NCBI GenBank assembly: GCA_016699465.1
Contig: CP064977.1
Location: 542,503 to 606,502, forward strand
DNA from: Candidatus Campbellbacteria bacterium
Lineage (GTDB): Bacteria; Patescibacteriota; Minisyncoccia; Phycocordibacterales; EsbW-18
DNA: 64,000 nucleotides
Direction: 5' to 3'
The notes beneath the pieces are model-generated. The model worked only from the letters and a program-made list of their open reading frames with translations, was not told where the DNA came from and made no database searches. The translations under genes were made by a program, and so were the position numbers. Within the stretch, counting starts at the first letter, position 1; each line of letters opens with the position of its first letter. Positions 1 through 8,117 of the stretch are shown here, piece by piece.

Positions 1-254
1 TGAATATCGCGCACTACTTTTTTTCCAAGTGATTCTTCGAGTTGCTGGAGTATAACTCCCTTTTTTAGGAAGAGTGCGTTTTTTAGTCCACTTTCTGCAA
101 TACAGTATGCTACTGGACCAATTATTCGAATATCTTTTTCTTGTAGTTGTACTGACGTTTTTTCTTCAATAATTTGTATAAGTTTTTTTCGCACCACCAT
201 ATCTGGAGGTGTAATATCTTTATACCGAGAAAGAAAATCGAGTATTCCCTTCAT
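1..254 (-). CDS. hypothetical protein, N-terminal part only (gene runs off the left edge of the window); start codon 3 nt downstream of dnaN stop
   Basis: ATG at 252-254 on minus strand, open frame to position 1 (MKGILDFLSRYKDITPPDMVVRKKLIQ...). Operon-like spacing after dnaN. No family recognised. Confidence 0.35.
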   Translation of the reverse strand, partial: MKGILDFLSRYKDITPPDMVVRKKLIQIIEEKTSVQLQEKDIRIIGPVAYCIAESGLKNALFLKKGVILQQLEESLGKKVVRDI

Positions 255-257
255 AAT

Positions 258-1358
258 TTATCTATTCATTGGCATCACAATGTACACAAACGATTGATCT
301 CCGACACTACGTAGTTGTGTCGGTTTACCGACGCCTGCAAATTGTAATGTTACTGAATCTGTTGCTATTGATTGAAGTGCATCAAGAATGTATGCGTAAT
401 TAAAACTCATTTGAATATCTGGACCAGTAACCGCTACATCAAGTGAAATACTACTCTCTCCAGACTCTGCATTTTGCGTTTGCACAACGCATTGCTTCTT
501 TGCGTGGTCAATCATCACCATAAGCTTATTAAATTGCCCTGAGAAGATTTTAACGTGTTTGAGAGCATCTCCAAGATCTTGCTTGAGTAATGTCATCTCT
601 GTTTCAAACGCTTTAGGAATAATTTGTTTGTAATCTGGAAATACTCCATCAACAGCACGTGATGTTATATACACATTTCCAAGCATAAACCCAATTTGAT
701 TTACATCTCCAAACACTGAAACGTCTCCTGAATAATTTTCAAGGTGACGAATAATTTCTGTTACATTTTTAAGAGGAATAAGTAGTGTTTCGAGTTTTTC
801 TATCTTTGAGATGTTTACTTTTTTTTCAGCAAGACGAAACGAATCTGTTGCAACACACACGAGATGCTCTCCTTCAGGATACAAGTACACACTTGAAAGC
901 TCTGGTTTAATACTTGAAACTGACGCACTCCACCACACACTTTTAAGACCCGTCACAAAATCCTTTGCCTGTATCGTAAAAAGGTTATTTTCAGATATTT
1001 TTGGCAGTCTTGGAAAATCCTCATGAGAAAGTGTTGCGATACGAGTTGTACTTTTTGGCGTCGTGAGTACCACAGAATCCTCAATAACAGAAAGTGTGAG
1101 TGGTCCTTCATACGAAAGTGTTGAAAGAAGTGTTACAAACGTATCTGCTGGAACAGCTACCGTTCCCTCCTCAGAAACATCTGCAGGAATGTGCACTTCA
1201 ATTCCAAGGTCCAAATTTGTAGCTCGCACCACCAGTTCTTTTTTCTCCGCAACAAGAAGAACACATCGAAGAACAGGAAGAGAAAGATTTTTTCCAGTGA
1301 TTCTTTCTGTAGCTAATAGAGCTGTATGTAGTTGTTCTTTTTGTAGGAGTATTTTCAT
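258..1358 (-). CDS. dnaN: DNA polymerase III beta subunit (sliding clamp)
   Basis: 366 aa, three-domain clamp-like length. N-terminus MKILLQKEQLHTALLATERITGKN is typical of DnaN. Lies immediately downstream of dnaA on the same strand. Confidence 0.9.
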   Translation of the reverse strand: MKILLQKEQLHTALLATERITGKNLSLPVLRCVLLVAEKKELVVRATNLDLGIEVHIPADVSEEGTVAVPADTFVTLLSTLSYEGPLTLSVIEDSVVLTTPKSTTRIATLSHEDFPRLPKISENNLFTIQAKDFVTGLKSVWWSASVSSIKPELSSVYLYPEGEHLVCVATDSFRLAEKKVNISKIEKLETLLIPLKNVTEIIRHLENYSGDVSVFGDVNQIGFMLGNVYITSRAVDGVFPDYKQIIPKAFETEMTLLKQDLGDALKHVKIFSGQFNKLMVMIDHAKKQCVVQTQNAESGESSISLDVAVTGPDIQMSFNYAYILDALQSIATDSVTLQFAGVGKPTQLRSVGDQSFVYIVMPMNR

Positions 1359-1593
1359 ATATAAAAAATTATTATTACTATTAAGAGCGTGGATAAGTGA
1401 ATAAGTGTGTACTGATAGATGAAATAAGAGTTTTTAAGAACATGATATTTGAATAAGAATGTATAGAACGGAGATATAAAAGGATAAAAAATAGTGTTCT
1501 TATGTTTAGATACTTTTTATTAACATTTGAAACACATTTTGTAATTCACTTGTACATATGTACTCCACACAGTTATACAAGACATATCCACAC
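1359..1593. promoter_or_regulatory. candidate oriC / dnaA-dnaN intergenic region (AT-rich, DnaA-box-like 9-mers)
   Basis: 235 bp AT-rich spacer between dnaA and dnaN. cTTATCCACg (as gtggataag at about 1391-1399) and aTATCCACA (about 1581-1589) match the TTATCCACA consensus 8/9. AT-rich run atataaaaaattattattactatt at 1359-1385. Confidence 0.3.
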
Positions 1594-2982
1594 TTATAAC
1601 ATCGCACGCAACTGAGTTATCTCTTGCTCTAATTGATGGTCTGTTTTTAATTCATCTTTAATTTTTTCATAGGAATGAATAACTGTTGTGTGATCCCGTC
1701 CTCCAAGTTTTTGTCCAATAGTTGGATATGGAAGTGAAAAATCTTCACGAAGAATGTACATAATCACCTGTCGTGGCTTTACCACCTCTTTTTTACGACT
1801 CTTTTTATATATACTCTCTTCGTCAAGGTTATAAAATCCAGCAACAATCTTTACTACATCTTTCACAGCAACTAGTTTTTTTGGTTTAATATTATTTTTA
1901 ACAACATCTTTTATTTCTTGTATGTTCAAGTCTCTCTTTTTAAGGAGAATTTGGCACATTATTGAGTTGAGAGCCCCTTCAATTTCACGAATGTTTCCTT
2001 CCATAGAATTGGAAAGATACGAAACAATTTCATCTGATAATACAATATTGTTTTCTGCTGCCTTTGTTTTAACAATAGCCATTCTTGATTCAGAGTCCGG
2101 TGCAGGAATATCTACCGTCATACCAGCGTTAAAGCGTGATTTGAGGCGGTCTGCAATACTTTGAATGTAATTAGGGTGTCTATCTGAAGAAAAGATGATT
2201 TGACCATTTTTATCATAGATTTCATTAAATAAATGGAAGAGTTCCTCTTGGGTTTTCTCTTTATTTGAAAGAAACTGAACGTCATCCATGATGAGTACAT
2301 CAAATTTTCTGTATTTTTCTTTAAAAGAACTCGTGGTATTTGTTTGAATAGAGTTTACGAGGTCTTGTGCAAATCGTTCAGATGTTACGTAATACACTTT
2401 TTTATCAGGAAATTTTTTATGAATTTCATTTCCAAGAGCTTGAATAAGGTGTGTTTTTCCGTGTCCTGTCTGTCCATACACAAAAAATGGGTTATAGCGG
2501 GTTCCTGGTCGTTCTAAAATGGCCTGTGCGGCAGCATAGGCCAGCTCATTGAACGAACCAACAACAAACGAGTCGAAGGTATATCGAGGGTTTAGGTTGT
2601 CTGTTTTATTGATATAGAGGTCTTTGAGGGGTAGTTCATCGGAAGGGTTTGTGGGAGAAACTTGTATGTATGACTGTATTTTTGTATCACTTGGGGCTTT
2701 TGTTGAAATAATGTATTCAACAGATCGAATGGTATCTGAAATGTCTCGGAGGCACTTAAGTATTGTTTTATGGTGCTTTTCTGACACCCAATCTTTCGCA
2801 AAGAGGTTTGGAACTCCAACAAACACCACTCCATCCTCTATTTTGACAATATGTGTATCTTTAAACCATGTTCGGAACACAGCTTTGGAGACCGTTAGTT
2901 CGATTATTCCAAGAACGTCCCTCCATAGCGTTTTTGTGTCTGTTGGTGAAATGGAAGTCATAGGTTTTTGGTGCCTGGTCAT
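1594..2982 (-). CDS. dnaA: chromosomal replication initiator protein DnaA
   Basis: AAA+ Walker A GQTGHGKTHLIQALGNEI, Walker B LIMDDVQFL, C-terminal DnaA-box binding helix-turn-helix (TIGQKLGGRDHTTVIHSYEKI). Start placed at internal Met (MTRHQKP...), because the upstream part of the ORF is hydrophobic junk. Confidence 0.9.
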   Translation of the reverse strand: MTRHQKPMTSISPTDTKTLWRDVLGIIELTVSKAVFRTWFKDTHIVKIEDGVVFVGVPNLFAKDWVSEKHHKTILKCLRDISDTIRSVEYIISTKAPSDTKIQSYIQVSPTNPSDELPLKDLYINKTDNLNPRYTFDSFVVGSFNELAYAAAQAILERPGTRYNPFFVYGQTGHGKTHLIQALGNEIHKKFPDKKVYYVTSERFAQDLVNSIQTNTTSSFKEKYRKFDVLIMDDVQFLSNKEKTQEELFHLFNEIYDKNGQIIFSSDRHPNYIQSIADRLKSRFNAGMTVDIPAPDSESRMAIVKTKAAENNIVLSDEIVSYLSNSMEGNIREIEGALNSIMCQILLKKRDLNIQEIKDVVKNNIKPKKLVAVKDVVKIVAGFYNLDEESIYKKSRKKEVVKPRQVIMYILREDFSLPYPTIGQKLGGRDHTTVIHSYEKIKDELKTDHQLEQEITQLRAML

Positions 2983-3174
2983 TATATACTCATTCAAAAA
3001 AGTAAGGGCTTGAGAAAAGGAGAAAACTATGTTAATAATATGGGGACAACAAAAATACAAAACAGGTAACATAAAACACAAAATAAAAAAGTCAATGATT
3101 TTCACCACTTTTACCAACACCTAAGCTAAAACAACCACTAACTTTCAACCTCTAACCTCCCCACACCCACTACT

Positions 3175-3309
3175 ATGAAACGAAAATATCAACCAAAAAA
3201 ACGAAAGCGATCAATGACACACGGATTTCGTGTTCGTATGCGAACATCAACAGGCCGACGAATGATCAAGCGTCGTCGCACAAAAGGACGAAAGAAGATC
3301 TCCGCATAA
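3175..3309 (+). CDS. rpmH: 50S ribosomal protein L34
   Basis: Hand-translated 44 aa [44 protein letters not shown], classic L34. Below the ORF-track size cutoff. Directly upstream of rnpA. Confidence 0.85.
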   Translation: MKRKYQPKKRKRSMTHGFRVRMRTSTGRRMIKRRRTKGRKKISA

Positions 3310-3324
3310 GGCCGCTCTGCCTTC

Positions 3325-3654
3325 ATGCTTCCAAAAAACAAACGACTCGCCACACAACAGTTTGATACAGCCTTTTCAGCTGGACAAGTTATTCGTACGC
3401 CACATTTTCTTATCCGACACCATACTTCCCCACTCAAAAACCAGTGGGCGGTTGTTATTCCTAAAAAACACATTCGCACGGCAGCTGCTCGAAACACACT
3501 TCGAAGACAAATATATTCTGCAATTGAAATGCTTCTAAAAGAAAATAAATCTTTTACGGGTCACTACATTGTTATTCTTACAAAAAAAGAAACGCTATGT
3601 ATTGCAGAAATATATAATGAGATACATAGTGCAGTAACTAGACGCATGCTGTAA
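3325..3654 (+). CDS. rnpA: ribonuclease P protein component
   Basis: 109 aa basic protein immediately after rpmH and before yidC (conserved rpmH-rnpA-yidC synteny). RnpA-like length and charge. Confidence 0.8.
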   Translation: MLPKNKRLATQQFDTAFSAGQVIRTPHFLIRHHTSPLKNQWAVVIPKKHIRTAAARNTLRRQIYSAIEMLLKENKSFTGHYIVILTKKETLCIAEIYNEIHSAVTRRML

Positions 3655-3657
3655 AGC

Positions 3658-4404
3658 GTGTACAATACTCTCATGTCACAAGGATTTTTCTTTACTCTTA
3701 TTACGCAACCGCTCTATAACGGGGTTGTTCTTCTCATGCACGCGCTCCCGTGGGCTGATCTCGGCGTCATTGTTATTGTATTTACTATTATTGTTCGTTT
3801 TATTCTCTTTCCTCTTGCACAAAAAGCACTTCGTACACAAATGGCGATGCAGGAAATTCAACCGGCGATGGATGAAGTACGAACAAAATTTAAAAATGAT
3901 TCGGCCCGACAAGCGCAGGAAATGATGCAGTTGTACAAAACATACAATGTAAATCCATTTGCAAGTATTTTCTTTTTGTTCATTCAAATCCCTATTATTT
4001 TTGGACTCTACTACATGTTTGTACGTACAGGATTACCCCAGATTAATCCAGACTTTTTGTATTCGTTTGTATCAAACCCAGGACCAATTTCAACAATGTT
4101 TCTAGGATTTCTTGATGTTGCACAAAAAAGTCTACCCCTCGCCATTCTTGCGGGTATTGCACAATTCTTTCAAGCGTACTTTATGAAGGCCCCTCAGGTT
4201 GGGTCAAAACAAGGATTTGGTGCTGATTTTGCAAAGAGTATGTCTTTACAAATGAAGTATGTACTTCCTATTGTTATTGTATTTATCTCGTATGCACTTC
4301 CTGCGAGTGTTGCTCTCTATTGGACAACGAGTAACCTTTTTTCAATTGCACAAGAAAAAATGATACGAAGAAAAATAGATATGGAAAAAACACACAACGG
4401 GTAA
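3658..4404 (+). CDS. yidC: membrane protein insertase YidC/Oxa1 family (short form)
   Basis: 248 aa, multiple TM helices. Conserved region QKALRTQMAMQEIQPAMDEVRTKFKND...QEMMQLYKTYNVNPFAS is typical of YidC/SpoIIIJ. Confidence 0.85.
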   Translation: MYNTLMSQGFFFTLITQPLYNGVVLLMHALPWADLGVIVIVFTIIVRFILFPLAQKALRTQMAMQEIQPAMDEVRTKFKNDSARQAQEMMQLYKTYNVNPFASIFFLFIQIPIIFGLYYMFVRTGLPQINPDFLYSFVSNPGPISTMFLGFLDVAQKSLPLAILAGIAQFFQAYFMKAPQVGSKQGFGADFAKSMSLQMKYVLPIVIVFISYALPASVALYWTTSNLFSIAQEKMIRRKIDMEKTHNG

Positions 4405-4430
4405 CAAAAACATATAACATGTAACAAAAA

Positions 4431-4463
4431 GGTCTCGCCCTCACGTGGGGGCGAGACCTTTTT
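4431..4463. terminator. bidirectional rho-independent terminator between yidC and the convergent minus-strand gene
   Basis: ggtctcgccc-tcacgtgg-gggcgagacc followed by ttttt, and T-run on the opposite strand as well. Confidence 0.6.
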
Positions 4464-4469
4464 AATTTC

Positions 4470-5705
4470 TTAATACGTTTGGAGAGTTAAATCAACGAGC
4501 CACAACGAACCATCTTTTTTATTTACAAAGGAAAGGTATGTTTCATCAGAACTTACGTGGAGATCAATGGCGTCAACCCCTTCAGGAACGTACTTTTTTG
4601 GATCAAGAACAAACTCAGAATTCTCTGTTGTTGTATTAATTTTCCAAATTTCATCAGAGAAAGAGATCACACCTTGATACCAATCATCAGGAATACTCCC
4701 CCGTACATTCGTAACAGGAATAGCACAATATACCACCGTTGTGTTTGTCCACGTGCATTTTTCAGGGAGGGTACTGATGTTTATGGGGGTTCGTTCACTG
4801 GTTTTTACATTATACAAGGAAAGTCGTGGAAGGGATTGTGCCAATGAGCCGAGAAGAATAAGAGAGCCGTCAGTGTTAGGAAGTGCCGTGAGGGCAACAA
4901 TACTGTTTGCAACGCGAGTAAATGTGCCTGTTTGTATGTTAAGTAAAAATCCATTTCCACTGGATTGTGCAGATGGTGCTGTGGTCATAAGAATAGATGA
5001 AGGGCCACTCCATGCGACTTGCCACTGTGAAAACGGGTGAGAGAATGCATTTTCGGTTACCCCCTTGTTTACCACATACCCGATACCACCAACATCAGTT
5101 TTCATAAGATAAAACGTTTCAGGAAGTGTTTTGTGAATTGAAAGTGTAGAAATATCTTTCGGAAGATACGAACCCGTTAGTCGAGATTCATTTGTTGGGT
5201 TCGTGCTTGATGCAAGTGTTCCAAGAAATGTTTCGATAGTATCTCCATCCCCAAGGTATCGAAGGGCAACCGTTAATCCATTGTTTCCCCACACCGCCTC
5301 GCGAATACGTGGAATGGTGGTATTTGATATACGAGTTTTTTGTCCAGTTGCTGTTGAGTAGTCAAAAATGTGTCCCGTTTCTCGCTCAACGAAGCGTAAA
5401 AATGTTTCTGTGGATGTTCCGAGCGTTGTTGTTGCAAAGGTTGAACCAGCGACTGCTTTTTCAGAAACAATGGTAACAAATTGTTTTTGTTGTTCACCAA
5501 TACCTGCAGGTTGTCCGTTGGTACTTGTTGCAATGGTGCCCGTCGTGGTTGTGTTTGAAGTGGTATCAAAAAGTCCAAACGGGTTGAATGTTTGTGAAGT
5601 GCCCGTTGCTGTGGACGAAGTATTTCTAGAAAAGAACCACCACATACTCACACCCAATAGAGCAAGAACAATGACAACAACAAGAATGATAAAGATTTTT
5701 TTCAT
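4470..5705 (-). CDS. secreted/membrane-anchored hypothetical protein (N-terminal signal/TM, Thr-rich linker)
   Basis: MKKIFIILVVVIVLALLGVSMWWFF signal-anchor then T/S-rich stretch. First gene of the long minus-strand cluster that contains the VirB4-like ATPase. Confidence 0.55.
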   Translation of the reverse strand: MKKIFIILVVVIVLALLGVSMWWFFSRNTSSTATGTSQTFNPFGLFDTTSNTTTTGTIATSTNGQPAGIGEQQKQFVTIVSEKAVAGSTFATTTLGTSTETFLRFVERETGHIFDYSTATGQKTRISNTTIPRIREAVWGNNGLTVALRYLGDGDTIETFLGTLASSTNPTNESRLTGSYLPKDISTLSIHKTLPETFYLMKTDVGGIGYVVNKGVTENAFSHPFSQWQVAWSGPSSILMTTAPSAQSSGNGFLLNIQTGTFTRVANSIVALTALPNTDGSLILLGSLAQSLPRLSLYNVKTSERTPINISTLPEKCTWTNTTVVYCAIPVTNVRGSIPDDWYQGVISFSDEIWKINTTTENSEFVLDPKKYVPEGVDAIDLHVSSDETYLSFVNKKDGSLWLVDLTLQTY

Positions 5706-5712
5706 ACAAGTC

Positions 5713-6612
5713 TTATAAAGACACCCCGTTAATTCGGCACTTTATTCCTAGACACGAATGCCAGTGAGGCCCAGTACCTGTGGGTTCGTCCCAAAAATAA
5801 CTGTCCCCCCATTTATAAACATGTCCTCCAACAGACGCCTCACCCTTATCTTCTTGGCTTTTTAAAAAAGCATCGAGTTGCATACTGTGCGCTAAATCTA
5901 CCACAGGTTGTCCTGGTCCGTGGGTTGTGTGTCCGCCCTCTGTCCCCCCGTTAATAATCAAATCCCCCCCGACTCGTTGTAATTCTTGAAGTCGACTTAT
6001 TGCTGAAGGGGGTAGATCTCCAACATTCGTACAACCTTGTGTTTGTCCGGCGGGGCAAGCGTCGTGATTTACGGTGATTCCAGGAAGTAGTGAGTTGCGG
6101 ACATTCGCCTCTTGTACGGGGTCGGTTGTGCCATTTCCCCCACTAGTTGGTGGTGTTACTCCAGTTCCACCAGTACCTCCCGCTGGTGCGGTAATTGTAT
6201 TTAATCTGTCAAAAAGACCAAAGTTAATAAGTTGTGGGTTGATAGTGTTGAGAATAATAACAGAACCAAATACGAGAATGAGACCACCTATAATGCTATA
6301 GAATGCTTTTTTTGCTTCTTCTTTTTTTCCAACAACATCTGACATCATGTAGATGACACCGTTGTAGACAAACATAAGAATGGCAAGCGTTACGGCAATT
6401 CCAAGACCAATTTTAAAAATGGTGTTGAGATATCCCGCCACCCCACCACCAGCTCCAGGTGTTACTGATGAGCCGAGTCCTGGGAGATCGCTAACAAGAA
6501 GTTTGTATGCAACTGGGGCCGCCGCGTGTGTAAAAAATATTGGTACGATATATAGAATAAAAAGTGCGACACATAATATGTTTTTTTTGGAGAATAGTGT
6601 CATATTATTCAA
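5713..6612 (-). CDS. membrane protein with pilin-like N-terminal region (signal + 2 TM) and Gly/Thr/Pro-rich linker to a Cys/His-containing C-terminal domain
   Basis: Hydrophobic segments LGIAVTLAILMFVYNGVIYMM and FYSIIGGLILVFGSVIILNTI resemble VirB2/TrbC-type topology. C-terminal ...GGHTTHGPGQPVVDLAHS...HWHSCLGIKC could be a metal-binding/hydrolase-like domain (speculative). Confidence 0.5.
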   Translation of the reverse strand: MNNMTLFSKKNILCVALFILYIVPIFFTHAAAPVAYKLLVSDLPGLGSSVTPGAGGGVAGYLNTIFKIGLGIAVTLAILMFVYNGVIYMMSDVVGKKEEAKKAFYSIIGGLILVFGSVIILNTINPQLINFGLFDRLNTITAPAGGTGGTGVTPPTSGGNGTTDPVQEANVRNSLLPGITVNHDACPAGQTQGCTNVGDLPPSAISRLQELQRVGGDLIINGGTEGGHTTHGPGQPVVDLAHSMQLDAFLKSQEDKGEASVGGHVYKWGDSYFWDEPTGTGPHWHSCLGIKCRINGVSL

Positions 6613-7333
6613 GGGTGATGGTTATACTACTTGATGCGCGTTGAAGAATTTCCGTAACGTGGTTGATTAAAAGTTGCAATTGTATTGTTCGTGGTTCGTC
6701 GCTTTGTATTGCAACACTTGCGCCGGTTGCGCCAGAAACTTTTTGTCCATTTGCGGTCCACGTGTAACTCAACGAACCCTCCTCACGAGCATGTGTTGAT
6801 GAAAAGTAAGGGTACGCCTCGATGATCATATCTTTTTCTGTTGTTGTAAAAGATGTTGGAAGTACGCGTTCGAGAGCAATACCTTCGAGCGGACGATTTT
6901 CATAAAATCGTATAATGGGATTTACTTTCTGCATTTTAACCATCCCGATCTCTTTTGTTTTTCCATTAGAAACTTCAACAACAATGAGGGGTACGTCACC
7001 AAATTGTGAACCTTCAAATGTAAATGACTGTTTACCAACTCCCGAAAGAGATCCTTGGGCCGTGCCATCACGCTTCCATTTATAGGTAAGCGTTGCAGGA
7101 TCACCCATAGAAGCAGGAGGAAGAGCGAGAACCGTTGTCTTGCCACCCACAGGATAGAGTGCCTTTCCTTTATAAAAGGGCGGAATATATGAATTAACCT
7201 CCCATATCATTTCAACTGTTGGCTTAATGAGGTTGGTTGAGACGTTTATTTGTGCGTTTGCGACGTTTCCGTACACAAATAGTTCACATACAAAGAGAAG
7301 GGTGAGAAGTATTATTTTTTGGAATACGCTCAT
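6605..7333 (-). CDS. secreted hypothetical protein (signal peptide)
   Basis: MSVFQKIILLTLLFVCELFVYGNVANAQ signal peptide. No family recognised. Confidence 0.55.
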   Translation of the reverse strand: MSVFQKIILLTLLFVCELFVYGNVANAQINVSTNLIKPTVEMIWEVNSYIPPFYKGKALYPVGGKTTVLALPPASMGDPATLTYKWKRDGTAQGSLSGVGKQSFTFEGSQFGDVPLIVVEVSNGKTKEIGMVKMQKVNPIIRFYENRPLEGIALERVLPTSFTTTEKDMIIEAYPYFSSTHAREEGSLSYTWTANGQKVSGATGASVAIQSDEPRTIQLQLLINHVTEILQRASSSITITLE

Positions 7334-7360
7334 ACGTATATACTATCACCCTTTTTTATT

Positions 7361-8110
7361 TTAAGCGGCTATTTTTTCCTCGTTTTCCACACCGCCAGAT
7401 GAAGGAGAGTAATCATTTAATGGGCCACTATTACTTGCGAGAATTTGGTTTGGGGCTGCTATTTCTTGATTAAAACCTTGTCGTTGAACTAGGTGTGGAC
7501 GATCTTGGACCCGTGTCGATCGCTGGGGATTTTGCGTTTGTTGAGGTGATAAGTTGTTTTGACGAACGGATTCGCGCGGGGTGATGTCTTTCATGGTTTG
7601 TCGACCAGCAAGTGTGGCCGACCCTCCGTTTGTTTGTCGCTCCTTCATTCTTGCAAGTCGCTCACGGGCGCGGGCCACTCGTTCTGGGTTTGCTTCTCGA
7701 CGAACTGTCTTATTTGCTGTGCGGGAAATATCTTTTTTAAGTTGGTCTTTGGGTATTTTTCCTGTTGCTAGTCCGGCCACCCCTATTCCTGTTTTGTCCT
7801 CAATATCAGTCAGTACAATCATAATAATTGTTCCTGTGGTAATAAGGGGAAGTGCACTCACAATCGGAATTGCTTCACCAATGTATTCCACAACAGTTGT
7901 TACAATTTTTTTGGGGCTTATGAATGATACGCCGAGCATTTTAAACCAGATGTAAAACGTGATACCAGCTCCACCAATAGCAAGAAATTGCCCAACGACA
8001 GGAATAATACTGATGAGATCAAATATAATGGCGGTTCCAATCAGTTTGTAACGAGTCACCGGATCGATTCGTCGTGGCTTTTTGTTTTCTTGAGAATCAT
8101 TTTCTGCCAT
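7361..8110 (-). CDS. integral membrane hypothetical protein with charged low-complexity C-terminus
   Basis: Several TM helices (IGTAIIFDLISIIPVVGQFLAIGGAGITFYIWF...) followed by an R/E/Q-rich tail. Confidence 0.5.
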   Translation of the reverse strand: MAENDSQENKKPRRIDPVTRYKLIGTAIIFDLISIIPVVGQFLAIGGAGITFYIWFKMLGVSFISPKKIVTTVVEYIGEAIPIVSALPLITTGTIIMIVLTDIEDKTGIGVAGLATGKIPKDQLKKDISRTANKTVRREANPERVARARERLARMKERQTNGGSATLAGRQTMKDITPRESVRQNNLSPQQTQNPQRSTRVQDRPHLVQRQGFNQEIAAPNQILASNSGPLNDYSPSSGGVENEEKIAA

Positions 8111-8117
8111 AGTGTAG

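Noticed and set aside
811-3013. Multiple 60-130 aa ORFs antisense to or overlapping dnaN and dnaA (811-1026, 1063-1404, 1922-2164, 2118-2303, 2592-2834, 2624-3013)
   Set aside because: They lie entirely inside strongly supported dnaN/dnaA coding sequence on the opposite strand or in other frames. They have no RBS and their composition is low-complexity or hydrophobic, typical of shadow ORFs.
3189-3497. 102-aa minus-strand ORF
   Set aside because: Overlaps both rpmH (hand-identified L34) and rnpA on the opposite strand. The basic Arg-rich translation is the mirror of L34/RnpA codons.
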